59,691 nucleotides of DNA from a virus (IMGVR_UViG_3300037882_001356:1-59691); one strand, 5' to 3'. Positions 45,636 through 53,924 are shown, counted from the stretch's first letter. The notes: a model not told the origin generated them from the letters alone. A program made the numbers and translations.

Positions 45636-46024
45636 CCCTCACCGACCTCATGCCGTTCCTGAACACGTTCGCGGACAATCCCGCAGACTGGTTCGTTTGG
45701 AAAGCGATGGCCGACTACTTTTCCGATCATGGTGATGATGTTGGGGAAGAATGGGCGTTGTGGGTGGAAGAGAAGCGGGTTTTTGTCATCAAGAGCAAAA
45801 TTGGCGACCAATACCGATGGTATTTCAACGAGAATGGGTCAGTGCTCCCATAAAAACTATGGAATACTTACATTAGAATTGATTTTGGCGACTGGTGGTG
45901 CGGTCGTCTTAATCCTCAGGAATGCTACCTGTTCCTACTCGCCGCTTGGCGTCAATCAACCCACAACCAACGGAATAAGTACAAGGAATGGTGTTCAGCG
46001 CCCCAAACACATGCCGACGTATGA
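45632..46024 (+). pseudogene. divergent TIGR02996-like gene with in-frame TAA at 45851-45853
   Basis: ADNPADWFVWKAMADYFSDHG; the frame stays open past the TAA (LP*KLW...YLFLLAAWRQ) to TGA 46024. Confidence 0.6.
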
Positions 46025-46177
46025 GCCACTGACCCACAGGAACAGCGGGTCGAGAGCGTACAGGACGCCTAGGGCGAACCCGGCGAGTATCCATAGGCCG
46101 TAGCGAGTTGATTGTTGACGCATGATGGGTCCCCGTGAGTCGTCACGGGGATATTGTAGACAACAAAGGAATCTGAT

Positions 46178-46831
46178 GTGAAAAAAGACCGTTCGAAAAA
46201 CAATTTGTCTCATAAAGAACGATTGGATTTAGTCGCTAGCGTAAATGATTTCTGTCACCGAATGGCTAAGAAGTTTGGGCGGAATGTCCCAAATGACCGA
46301 GACGACCTGTTTCAATTGGCATGGCTAGCGGCCTACGACGCTGCTGTTCATTATATCCCCAACGAAACGTCGTCCTATTTCACTTACGCATTTGTGGTCA
46401 TCCGTGGGGCGATGCTTAATCACCATCGCCAACAACGGCAACGAAAGATGGGGGCAATAATCAATGATGAACTATGGGATGGGGAGAGAAAATTTGACGG
46501 TCAATTTGAATGGCAAGAAGTGGCCAAAATGGTAAGCAATCTTGTTCGACGCTCTTTGCCAAACAAATCCCACCGCAACATATTTTGGAGCTACTACTAC
46601 GAAGAAGTTCCGACGGAAATCATTGCCAAGTCATACGGGATTAGCACCACAAGAGTGCGACAATTAAACCATCGTTCGATGAAAACGATACGAGAACGGA
46701 TCGACAACGAGATTATGTTATTTCTTGAGGACAGCAACAAAAACTACTTCTCGCCTTCTAATTCATTCCTCTACAACGATGGCGAAACGTCCCAAGAGAA
46801 CGCCATTCGCCTGATGGAAGATTCCGTTTGA
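46178..46831 (+). CDS. sigma-70-family factor (regions 2 and 4)
   Basis: DRDDLFQ.A...A..Y......YFTYA...IRGAM; EIIAKSYGISTTRVRQL. Confidence 0.82.
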   Translation: MKKDRSKNNLSHKERLDLVASVNDFCHRMAKKFGRNVPNDRDDLFQLAWLAAYDAAVHYIPNETSSYFTYAFVVIRGAMLNHHRQQRQRKMGAIINDELWDGERKFDGQFEWQEVAKMVSNLVRRSLPNKSHRNIFWSYYYEEVPTEIIAKSYGISTTRVRQLNHRSMKTIRERIDNEIMLFLEDSNKNYFSPSNSFLYNDGETSQENAIRLMEDSV

Positions 46832-46856
46832 CACGCTTCCCGTCGCCAAGTAGACT
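46828..46856 (+). promoter_or_regulatory. sigma-70 promoter upstream of the structured region
   Basis: TTGACA-17 nt-TAGACT. Confidence 0.6.
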
Positions 46857-46864
46857 AGGGGAAT

Positions 46865-47450
46865 GAAAATGCCGCACTCAATTGCTAGTTGATGCGGCGT
46901 GGCTGTTTGGAGTTTGCGGAACACAGCGAAATCATCTTAGCATTTCGTTTGTCCCAAATCAACTACGAACTACCGAAAAGTGTACTAGCCGAGCGTTTGT
47001 GATCCGTGCAGGGGTCAACGGTTATCTTTCGAGCAGGTTTCTCCGTAAAAAGAAGCTCGTAAAAGATCGTCGCACGGTTATAAGCTCCCGTGCGGTTCGT
47101 AAGGTTAGGAACCTTAACAGTCCTGAGGGTGATAATCGCGTCCGGTGTGGGGTCATGTCCACGCTGGTTGTCCGGGCAACGGAGTGGTAGTCGATCCACA
47201 ATAGCACCTACGTCCCGGTCCAACTTCTCGGTGAGATACTACCGAGCCGCATGAACGAAAACGCGAGCCGAATCATCCGCTGACGAACCTGCAAAGACTC
47301 ATTCAGTACCAATACCTACCTGCACTGAACTAGACCAAGAGGGTCTGTATAAGGTTCATGCGGAAAAGTAGGGAAGGTGCTGTATTGCCTTAGACTACCA
47401 GTAACCTGACTTGCTTGTTCGGGGTCAATCCGTACCCACCATTGCCGGGA
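46865..47450 (+). ncRNA. candidate large structured RNA or structured leader
   Basis: No credible CDS; at least 10 hairpins and nested long-range stems (47185-92/47393-400, 47203-09/47375-81, 47247-56/47354-63). Confidence 0.6.
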
Positions 47451-47484
47451 ATGTTTTTGTTGTTTTAACCAAAGGAGAGTTCAG

Positions 47485-47778
47485 ATGGGAGTTTCGATGA
47501 AAGTAACGATCAGCAGCTTCAAGGATGATGATTCAACTTACCAATGCCAAGGAACAAACGACATCGGAATCAAAGTGAATTTCCACATTGAAAAGGGGGC
47601 TGGCTTTGCAAGCTTACGATTTATTCAGTTCTCCAAAGATGGATGGGGCAATATGGATGATCGTTTCTGTGAAATACTTAATGTGGGCGATCTGAAATCA
47701 CTACGGTCATTTTGCGAACATGCAATATCTCGGATCGAATCCGATATCGCCGAACAGATTGGGGAGAGTCATGACTGA
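47485..47778 (+). CDS. hypothetical protein
   Basis: RBS aaaggag. Confidence 0.65.
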   Translation: MGVSMKVTISSFKDDDSTYQCQGTNDIGIKVNFHIEKGAGFASLRFIQFSKDGWGNMDDRFCEILNVGDLKSLRSFCEHAISRIESDIAEQIGESHD

Positions 47779-48037
47779 GCAAGAAGCGAGAGCGTGGATA
47801 AATAAGGCAGTCAAATTAGGTTTCGACCGCCAATCACCAATCAATTCAAGTTTATCCGCGTTGAGATACGAATGTTATTCTCTGCGTGAATCGCTTGGTC
47901 AAAATGTAATTGTATTCGGGGAAATACCCATCAAGCGTCTCATCGCCCACCTCATCCGCTTCCGTGTCCGTGTCCGCACCCCGACCCCTGACGATGGGTT
48001 CAACTGGCTCACGGGGCGGCAGGAGAACGAACAATGA
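47771..48037 (+). CDS. hypothetical protein
   Basis: RBS ggggag; coupled. Confidence 0.6.
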   Translation: MTEQEARAWINKAVKLGFDRQSPINSSLSALRYECYSLRESLGQNVIVFGEIPIKRLIAHLIRFRVRVRTPTPDDGFNWLTGRQENEQ

Positions 48038-48243
48038 ATGAATTTGCAATCATACTATCAAATTTACGTGACGAAAACGACATGATGAACGCTCTTCGTC
48101 GCACGCTGACAATTGAGCAATACATTGCCATCCTCAGAGACAAGACCGCCATGCAGCTTATCTCAAACTTGATGGTAAATGATTTGGACAATGGCCTGCG
48201 TAACGTTGCCAATGACCGAGTGACTGAGCTGTTGGATGGCTAG
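48034..48243 (+). CDS. hypothetical protein
   Basis: RBS aggag; ATGA coupling. Confidence 0.6.
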   Translation: MNEFAIILSNLRDENDMMNALRRTLTIEQYIAILRDKTAMQLISNLMVNDLDNGLRNVANDRVTELLDG

Positions 48244-49004
48244 GATTTGGCCCATGCGAGTAGGGCACGGGAGAGGTCTTCAATAGCGTACTCTGATAAT
48301 TCATAGCCACGCCAAGATGATTGCGTTCCATCCTTGAGATGGCAAAACACTTCGCTCGGAATGTTTGGTGATTCGATTGACGACGTGACACGATGCCGCC
48401 ACCACGCAAACCGATTCTCTTTTTCGCACAAGAGACGCTGGAACGGTTTTTTATCCGTTGCCATCACTTTCGTCACCGGATGCTCCCGCACAATGTCCTT
48501 GCCGTGGTCGAGCCATTGTTGTAGGGTGCAGTGAATTTCATCGACGAATCCACGCCGAACAATGCCAACGATACCATCAGGGCGTTGCTTGTTCCACACC
48601 CAATTTCCGTCTTGAGTCGCAGCGAATTCATCTTTGCAGTGAGATGATTTCAGCCACGACAAGGCGTCGAGATAACCGTCTTCATTTTTGTTAGCCGATT
48701 CCATCCACGTATCATCGCCAAACCATCTTGGATGTTTGATTTGACAGCGGATCAACGCGGCCCGCTCCGCAAAGCCGTTGGAGACTCGGCCAGTGCCGTG
48801 GCAATTACCGCATGGGATAATATCCGTTTTGAATCCGTACACGCTTTCTATCTTTCCGCCGAGGCCATCGCAAATAAAGCAACACGATTCCACCACATTC
48901 TCATCCAACCAATCGGCGAAAATCAGTCGCGGGGCATCATCTTCCGGGTTGGCGATGATCGCGTTGAGCAACGCCAGTTGGGTGATGTCGGTGATCGTGT
49001 TCAT
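48240..49004 (-). CDS. TIGR02996-domain protein with DnaJ-type Zn-finger insert
   Basis: LLNAIIANPEDDAPRLIFADWLDE; CFICDGLG..CGNCHGTG; RRGFVDEI..HPVTKV. Confidence 0.88.
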   Translation of the reverse strand: MNTITDITQLALLNAIIANPEDDAPRLIFADWLDENVVESCCFICDGLGGKIESVYGFKTDIIPCGNCHGTGRVSNGFAERAALIRCQIKHPRWFGDDTWMESANKNEDGYLDALSWLKSSHCKDEFAATQDGNWVWNKQRPDGIVGIVRRGFVDEIHCTLQQWLDHGKDIVREHPVTKVMATDKKPFQRLLCEKENRFAWWRHRVTSSIESPNIPSEVFCHLKDGTQSSWRGYELSEYAIEDLSRALLAWAKS

Positions 49005-49264
49005 TTCGCTCGTCCCTCATCCAGTAACGCGTCCACGGTCGAATCAAACTCGCTCGCCAACTCCGGCCACTTCGCCCGGATCGCCTTGGCGAGCAGCTTG
49101 TTCCCGTCCTCAAGAGCACATTGGTAATCGGTGATAATCATCTCGGTAGCGGTGCGGAACTTGTCGCCACCGTTGTAAGTGATTTCCTGATAGATGATTC
49201 GGTCGGATCGTGACAGGGAGGCCACAATCCGACGCGTCAAGTCCCGTTTCTCGGCGTTGGTCAC
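49001..49264 (-). CDS. hypothetical protein
   Basis: Coupled ORF chain. Confidence 0.6.
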   Translation of the reverse strand: MTNAEKRDLTRRIVASLSRSDRIIYQEITYNGGDKFRTATEMIITDYQCALEDGNKLLAKAIRAKWPELASEFDSTVDALLDEGRAK

Positions 49265-49521
49265 GACTCATACCTCACCAGTTCCAGCTCATAGCCAGCG
49301 AGTATACTCGTGATGTCTGTGGACGTTACGTGACCGCCTTTCGCGGCACACTCCATCAGGGCTTGCATCCCGGCGTTACTGGCTTTCAGGAGTTCTACTT
49401 TGGGCCGAAGAGTATTTAGTTCGTCGATGAGCGGCTCTCGTCCGACCTGTATCTCTCGCCTCAGGTGGGCGATTAATTCTTTCGCCCACACCGGCAGTTT
49501 TTCTTCCCGTGGGTCACTCAT
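49261..49521 (-). CDS. hypothetical protein
   Basis: KLPVWA motif; RBS ggagg. Confidence 0.65.
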   Translation of the reverse strand: MSDPREEKLPVWAKELIAHLRREIQVGREPLIDELNTLRPKVELLKASNAGMQALMECAAKGGHVTSTDITSILAGYELELVRYES

Positions 49522-49714
49522 GACATATCCTCCAGTGGCTACACTGGCCCCCGATTTCTCTGATCATTTCTTCAAGTCCATCCAAAAACAATTGGCGATC
49601 ACTTTTAGCAAGCGTCTCCAGCAACGGTACCATTTTCCAGACAGCATTGATGAGTTCCGCGTTCGCCTTGTAGTTCAGTTGCCACAATGACCTTCTAAAT
49701 TGTCTCCGTGTCAT
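49514..49714 (-). CDS. hypothetical protein
   Basis: Coupled ORF chain. Confidence 0.55.
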   Translation of the reverse strand: MTRRQFRRSLWQLNYKANAELINAVWKMVPLLETLAKSDRQLFLDGLEEMIREIGGQCSHWRICHE

Positions 49715-49874
49715 TGTGGCAACCCCTCATGACCGGGTACTCTTTGACGTTTCAATTGCTCCTTCTCTTTGGCCAGCAAAGAACGCAACACCTGAATCAT
49801 ACTGTCAGGCAATCCATCCTCAATTGCCTCACGCAAAGCGATTTTAAGCCTTGCAACCGTCTCTTGTTGTGCAG

Positions 49875-50105
49875 TCATCCCATCACCTCCACTGGCATCC
49901 CAAACGGGTCCAGTCCACCCACCACAACCGGCTGCGTCGTGTGGATTTGCTGGTAGCCGTCCTCATGGTGAATATACATCGTTTCCCACGGTCGGGAGTA
50001 GTCGGTAATCGACTTTCGCATGATGGTAACGGCGTGGGAGACAAGCTCCACGGCCCATCCCCGGCTCTGTGCGGCGATGATGGCGTCAAGTGCGGCGGTG
50101 TGCAT
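49875..50105 (-). CDS. hypothetical protein
   Basis: RBS aagggg. Confidence 0.5.
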   Translation of the reverse strand: MHTAALDAIIAAQSRGWAVELVSHAVTIMRKSITDYSRPWETMYIHHEDGYQQIHTTQPVVVGGLDPFGMPVEVMG

Positions 50106-50343
50106 TACTTATCCCCTTTGACTGATTCAACGATTTTCATGGCGTTCCGCAATCCGCGAAGGATGCCAATTTCGTAAGCATCGGACGACTTTGAGTCTCG
50201 TTCTTCGGCTATCGCAATCTCTAAACGGGCGATGATCCGCGAGACAATGACGAGCTGTTCTGGGGTCAAACTTTGATCGTGCATCGGAGGTTCCTTTGTT
50301 GTGCAAGTGTGGGGGCGAATGAGGGGACGAATGAATGAGGGGA

Positions 50344-50601
50344 CTACGATTGAATCTTATCGGCGGTCAACACGGGGCACATTGAATGAACGCCATGAGG
50401 ATAAAGGGACTCAATCCCGTTGTTCCATGCGGTCAGTTTTTGATTGATCCGCCACGTCTTGCCGCATTCCGTTTTGACGGTCTTCTCGGTGCGGCTGACG
50501 ATCTTGTACGTCCAGATACATTCGTGGTCGCAGACGCTACGACAGTAGTAGGTGTTACCGACTTCAAACTTCTTGACTTGCGTTTCGGTTTCCATCGTCA
50601 T
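50344..50601 (-). CDS. hypothetical phage protein
   Basis: FEVGNTYYCRSVCDHECIW..VSRTEKTV; own promoter. Confidence 0.7.
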   Translation of the reverse strand: MTMETETQVKKFEVGNTYYCRSVCDHECIWTYKIVSRTEKTVKTECGKTWRINQKLTAWNNGIESLYPHGVHSMCPVLTADKIQS

Positions 50602-50799
50602 TCCCCTTGTGTTGTTTGTCATACACCATCATCCTACCACGAATAGCGTAGGTGTCAACGCCATCACTCAGATAATCGGAAAGATTTTCAAAGATTCCCA
50701 TTCGTGAGAATCTGTAACTATTTCCGATTGCCTACTTGCTTTGTTGTTGGATGAGGTTATATTGAAGGTGTCGAACGAGAAACAACACAAGGGGAATGA
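50598..50799. repeat. perfect 20-bp inverted repeat enclosing two divergent promoters
   Basis: AAACAACACAAGGGGAATGA at 50780-50799 (+) and 50617-50598 (-). Inside: TTGACA-16-TAGGAT (-) and TTGCTT-16-TATATT (+). Confidence 0.9.
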
Positions 50800-50802
50800 G
50801 AG

Positions 50803-51012
50803 ATGATCGTAGCTAAAAAGAATGGCCGCATGGTTTACAGCGTTGTGGTCAGTGGCAAATGGTATCACACAACAATTGAGACTCCGTTCGAATTCGAGTC
50901 TCTTGCTGATGCCGGATGGATTCGCGTTACTCATTGCGGTGATGAGAATTGCTATTTCGACTTCAAAGATGATGGCGGTGAAGAGCATACGGGATACTGC
51001 AAGTGCTTCTAA
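50803..51012 (+). CDS. small hypothetical protein
   Basis: Own promoter and RBS. Confidence 0.65.
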   Translation: MIVAKKNGRMVYSVVVSGKWYHTTIETPFEFESLADAGWIRVTHCGDENCYFDFKDDGGEEHTGYCKCF

Positions 51013-51017
51013 CACTC

Positions 51018-51602
51018 TCACATCCGACCACCCACCGCCTCCCTCGCATCGGCTTCCGCTTTCTTGTGGGCCTGATACACTTTCCACAATTCCTCGAGCC
51101 ACGGCTTATCCTTGCCCCATCGATCCGGGTAGGTACGTTCGAGTTTCCATGCAGCGGCTTGCCATTGGGACGGCAACACGTCCTCGGTAACGGTGGTTGT
51201 GGTGTTTCCCTCTCTATCTACCTTGGTCACTTCGATACGCCGTGTAACACTTCCCCCCATCGCTGCTAGGCGTACCTTATCGACATACCACGACTCACTT
51301 ACGGCTTCCGCCTTTTTAACTTTGTGCATAAAGGGAATGTACAATTCATCACCTTCTCTTCCAAGTCTGATCCAACGTCGCAGAGTATCGTAGCTAATCC
51401 CGGAGGAAAGAGCCGAGACACGGCGTGAGTTCCCGGCTTCGAGTAGCTCAATAATCTTGTCCGCGACTTCGGTAGTGATCTTGGGAATTGGTCCCTTGCG
51501 GGTCTTCTTTGGTTCGTAGGGGAGTGGATCGGCGTCGTTAGTCTTATCTTCCCCCATTGACCCCCATAGCGTCTGGATCGGCTCATCGTCGTGTGCGGCC
51601 AT
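51018..51602 (-). CDS. putative terminase small subunit (HTH)
   Basis: GPIPKIT..V..KII.LL.AGN...GISYDTLRRW...WQAAAWKLER.YP..WG pattern. Confidence 0.65.
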   Translation of the reverse strand: MAAHDDEPIQTLWGSMGEDKTNDADPLPYEPKKTRKGPIPKITTEVADKIIELLEAGNSRRVSALSSGISYDTLRRWIRLGREGDELYIPFMHKVKKAEAVSESWYVDKVRLAAMGGSVTRRIEVTKVDREGNTTTTVTEDVLPSQWQAAAWKLERTYPDRWGKDKPWLEELWKVYQAHKKAEADAREAVGGRM

Positions 51603-51686
51603 GTGTGCGTTCCGTAACGTGGTTATTGTGCTGATGATCGGGCTATCGTCGTCAGTGGAGATTGTACACGATTTCGGGGCAGGGGA

Positions 51687-51743
51687 ATTATTTTGAATTA
51701 TTTTCCGATTGACGATTGACACCAACGACCAATCAGGTAAGAT
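51687..51743 (+). promoter_or_regulatory. strong promoter, duplicated at 52378-52434
   Basis: ATTATTTTGAA..TTCCGATTGAC..TTGACA-16-TAAGAT in both copies. Confidence 0.75.
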
Positions 51744-51783
51744 GATTTGGACGAGACGAAAACAACCAAACAGGGGAATCAAA

Positions 51784-51954
51784 ATGAGCCAAGAACAACT
51801 CGACATTTACGCGAACATTTTAGCCGCGTTGGAATTAGAAGTGATGAGTGAAGAAAAGAAAAAGTCTTACGAACCATACGATCTTGGTTATGTTCGCGGT
51901 TTGAAACGTTCAATCAATATGATCGACAAGATCATGGAAGATAACGATAAATAG
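51784..51954 (+). CDS. small hypothetical protein
   Basis: RBS agggga after the promoter. Confidence 0.6.
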   Translation: MSQEQLDIYANILAALELEVMSEEKKKSYEPYDLGYVRGLKRSINMIDKIMEDNDK

Positions 51955-51961
51955 CCCTCAC

Positions 51962-51999
51962 TCCGCTCACGGCTCGCCGGTTCAACTCCGGCCAGCGGA
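51962..51999 (+). ncRNA. tRNA T-arm-like element 1
   Basis: TCCGCT/AGCGGA outer stem; CACGGCTC; GCCGG-TTCAACT-CCGGC. Confidence 0.65.
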
Positions 52000-52033
52000 T
52001 TCCGCCCGAACCAACCAAAAAGGAAGACTTGAG

Positions 52034-52330
52034 ATGCCGAAGAACAAAACAGAGTCCGGGTCATTCGTCGCCATATTGACCGACGGGACGCACATCACAG
52101 GTTCCGGCGAATGTTCGGACAATGACTCATTCGGCAATCACGTGCGATGCGCGTTAGACGGACGGCAGTACGACATCGTGACGTTCTTTTACGCTTACGG
52201 GCCGTCCGAAGCTCAAATGTACTCGCGGGATGAGGTGTTGGAAGTGTTTTACGGTGAGGACATGAATTTCGTCGGCAAAGTAAGAGCTGCCGCGTTCCAA
52301 GCAAAAAAATTACTGCGTGGCCACAAGTAA
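52034..52330 (+). CDS. hypothetical protein
   Basis: RBS aaagga. Confidence 0.65.
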   Translation: MPKNKTESGSFVAILTDGTHITGSGECSDNDSFGNHVRCALDGRQYDIVTFFYAYGPSEAQMYSRDEVLEVFYGEDMNFVGKVRAAAFQAKKLLRGHK

Positions 52331-52337
52331 CTGCCTC

Positions 52338-52379
52338 ATCCGTGCATGGTTCGTGGGGTTCGATTCCCCACACACGGAT
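52338..52379 (+). ncRNA. tRNA T-arm-like element 2
   Basis: ATCCGTG/CACGGAT outer stem; CATGGTTC; GTGGGG-TTCGATT-CCCCAC. Confidence 0.65.
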
Positions 52380-52485
52380 TATTTTGAAATAAATTCCGAT
52401 TGACCGTTGACACCTACACATTCCGTGGTAAGATACCTACATGATCGCTGACACAACGCCAGCGACAAACAAAGGATGAAGAATC

Positions 52486-52833
52486 ATGACCGCAACGAAA
52501 ACACTTGCAGAAATTTTTAAGGTCAACGGCCAAACGGATGACATGGAGCCGTGGACTGCAGCCGATGATTGCGAAATCATCGAAATCAACGGTGAAGACA
52601 TCCTTGCACTCGCCGAAGATGGCGTTGCGATCTGGGATAACAGCGAGCGGGAATGGAGGGAGGTGCCAGCATCAGACGCGGCAAAGATCGCTATGTTGGT
52701 TTTTGGATCGGGGTTCCGAGCCAATTCCGAAAAGAAGCGAAGCCAAGTCGAAACACTGCTCGACCACATGAGCAAGACGCACCCATACGCCGACGTCCCG
52801 ACTCATATCTCGGTGCTGTCGGAAGTCGAATAA
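52486..52833 (+). CDS. acidic hypothetical protein
   Basis: Own promoter (52407-52434) and RBS aaagga. Confidence 0.7.
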   Translation: MTATKTLAEIFKVNGQTDDMEPWTAADDCEIIEINGEDILALAEDGVAIWDNSEREWREVPASDAAKIAMLVFGSGFRANSEKKRSQVETLLDHMSKTHPYADVPTHISVLSEVE

Positions 52834-52875
52834 TCAGCATCGGGGGTAGGAGGGGTTCCACTCCCCTCCGGCTGA
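52834..52875 (+). ncRNA. tRNA T-arm-like element 3
   Basis: TCAGC/GCTGA outer stem; GGAGGGG-TTCCACT-CCCCTCC. Confidence 0.55.
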
Positions 52876-52983
52876 ATCTGGGAGTTGCCGCCGAAGTGAA
52901 CGTTGGCGGCCAACGATACCGCTGTAGCGAATGAACACCACCCCCGCGACCCTCGCCCCGTCGCGGCCCTGCAACAAAATTGT

Positions 52984-53516
52984 CACCGCTCCGATAGGGG
53001 CGGTGTATTACATGAGCCACCGAATTGGAGCAAGACATGACCGAATCCTATTATGACGTCGGGGATGGAACACGCTGTGCTGTCCGCGAATGGGAATCAT
53101 GTAGCGTGTATGGCCACTGCTACGAGATCGACTTCCTCGTAGACGACTGCATTTATTGTCTTCGGCTTTCGCCGCGCTGCCACGCGGAGCATTATGCGTA
53201 TTTCCACGATATACTCAATCGTGGCCAGCGTGCCCCATGCGGATTCTTGCAGGGCATGAAGGACCTGCTCATTGAGACGCTCGACGAGCCGACTAACGAT
53301 CATCCCGGCGCAACGGATTTCACGCCTCGGATGACCAAAAACTGTCTGCCGGGCAAAATCTGGCACAGCAGGAATGCAATTGTGACGACACCGTGCTGCG
53401 GTCACTCAATCGTCTTGCCGCGTGGCTCGGTGTACGTGTGTTGCGAGCGGACACGTATCGCAGAGGATGGTCACTAATGAGCCGCTGCCACCCTGACACC
53501 GCTCCGAGAGGGGCGG
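52984..53516. repeat. 20-bp hairpin-forming direct repeat (52984-53003, 53497-53516)
   Basis: CACCGCTCCGA(T/G)AGGGGCGG flanks ORF 53037-53477. Confidence 0.85.
53037..53477 (+). CDS. Cys/His-rich hypothetical protein
   Basis: RBS ggag; many Cys. Confidence 0.55.
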   Translation: MTESYYDVGDGTRCAVREWESCSVYGHCYEIDFLVDDCIYCLRLSPRCHAEHYAYFHDILNRGQRAPCGFLQGMKDLLIETLDEPTNDHPGATDFTPRMTKNCLPGKIWHSRNAIVTTPCCGHSIVLPRGSVYVCCERTRIAEDGH

Positions 53517-53549
53517 CGGGCGTCGTTATTCACGACGCCATCGCAATCG

Positions 53550-53632
53550 AATAGGAACGCATTACAGACGCTTTTAATATAAGACGTGGAATTGATCGAC
53601 TAATATTATCGTGTCTGTAATGCGTTCCTATT
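53550..53632. repeat. perfect 20-bp inverted repeat with 43-bp AT-rich spacer
   Basis: AATAGGAACGCATTACAGAC ... GTCTGTAATGCGTTCCTATT. Confidence 0.92.
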
Positions 53633-53924
53633 GCGTCCTAGTAATGAGTGTACGTATTAACAATCCCATAGGTCGTTCTTGTGACCGTTAGAATGATTTG
53701 TGAAAATTTTCACAAAAAAATCCGGAAAATTTCCCGATTTTTCGGCTGTTTGTTCAACGATGACCAGCTACTTTTTCTTGTTCTTCGCTCTCGCTCCCAT
53801 TCGAGCGATGCGGGATCGTTCCGACGCGGTGAGGACTTTAGCCCGTGCGGGTCCGCCCACTTTGCCGCCCTTATTGCCGAGTGCGACCGCGTTGGGGTCT
53901 TTTCCTGATTTGTTCGCCATGTTT

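Noticed and set aside
45851-45853. Stop-codon reassignment
   Set aside because: A single case. TAA, TAG and TGA all terminate well-supported genes elsewhere, and no suppressor tRNA was seen.
51955-52875. tRNA genes
   Set aside because: Only T-arm-like parts are present, with no D-stem, anticodon arm or CCA. Reported as tRNA-like elements instead.
53570-53612. dif/Xer site in the inverted-repeat spacer
   Set aside because: One arm loosely resembles a XerD box (TTATATTAAAA on the minus strand), but there is no matching XerC arm at 6-bp spacing.
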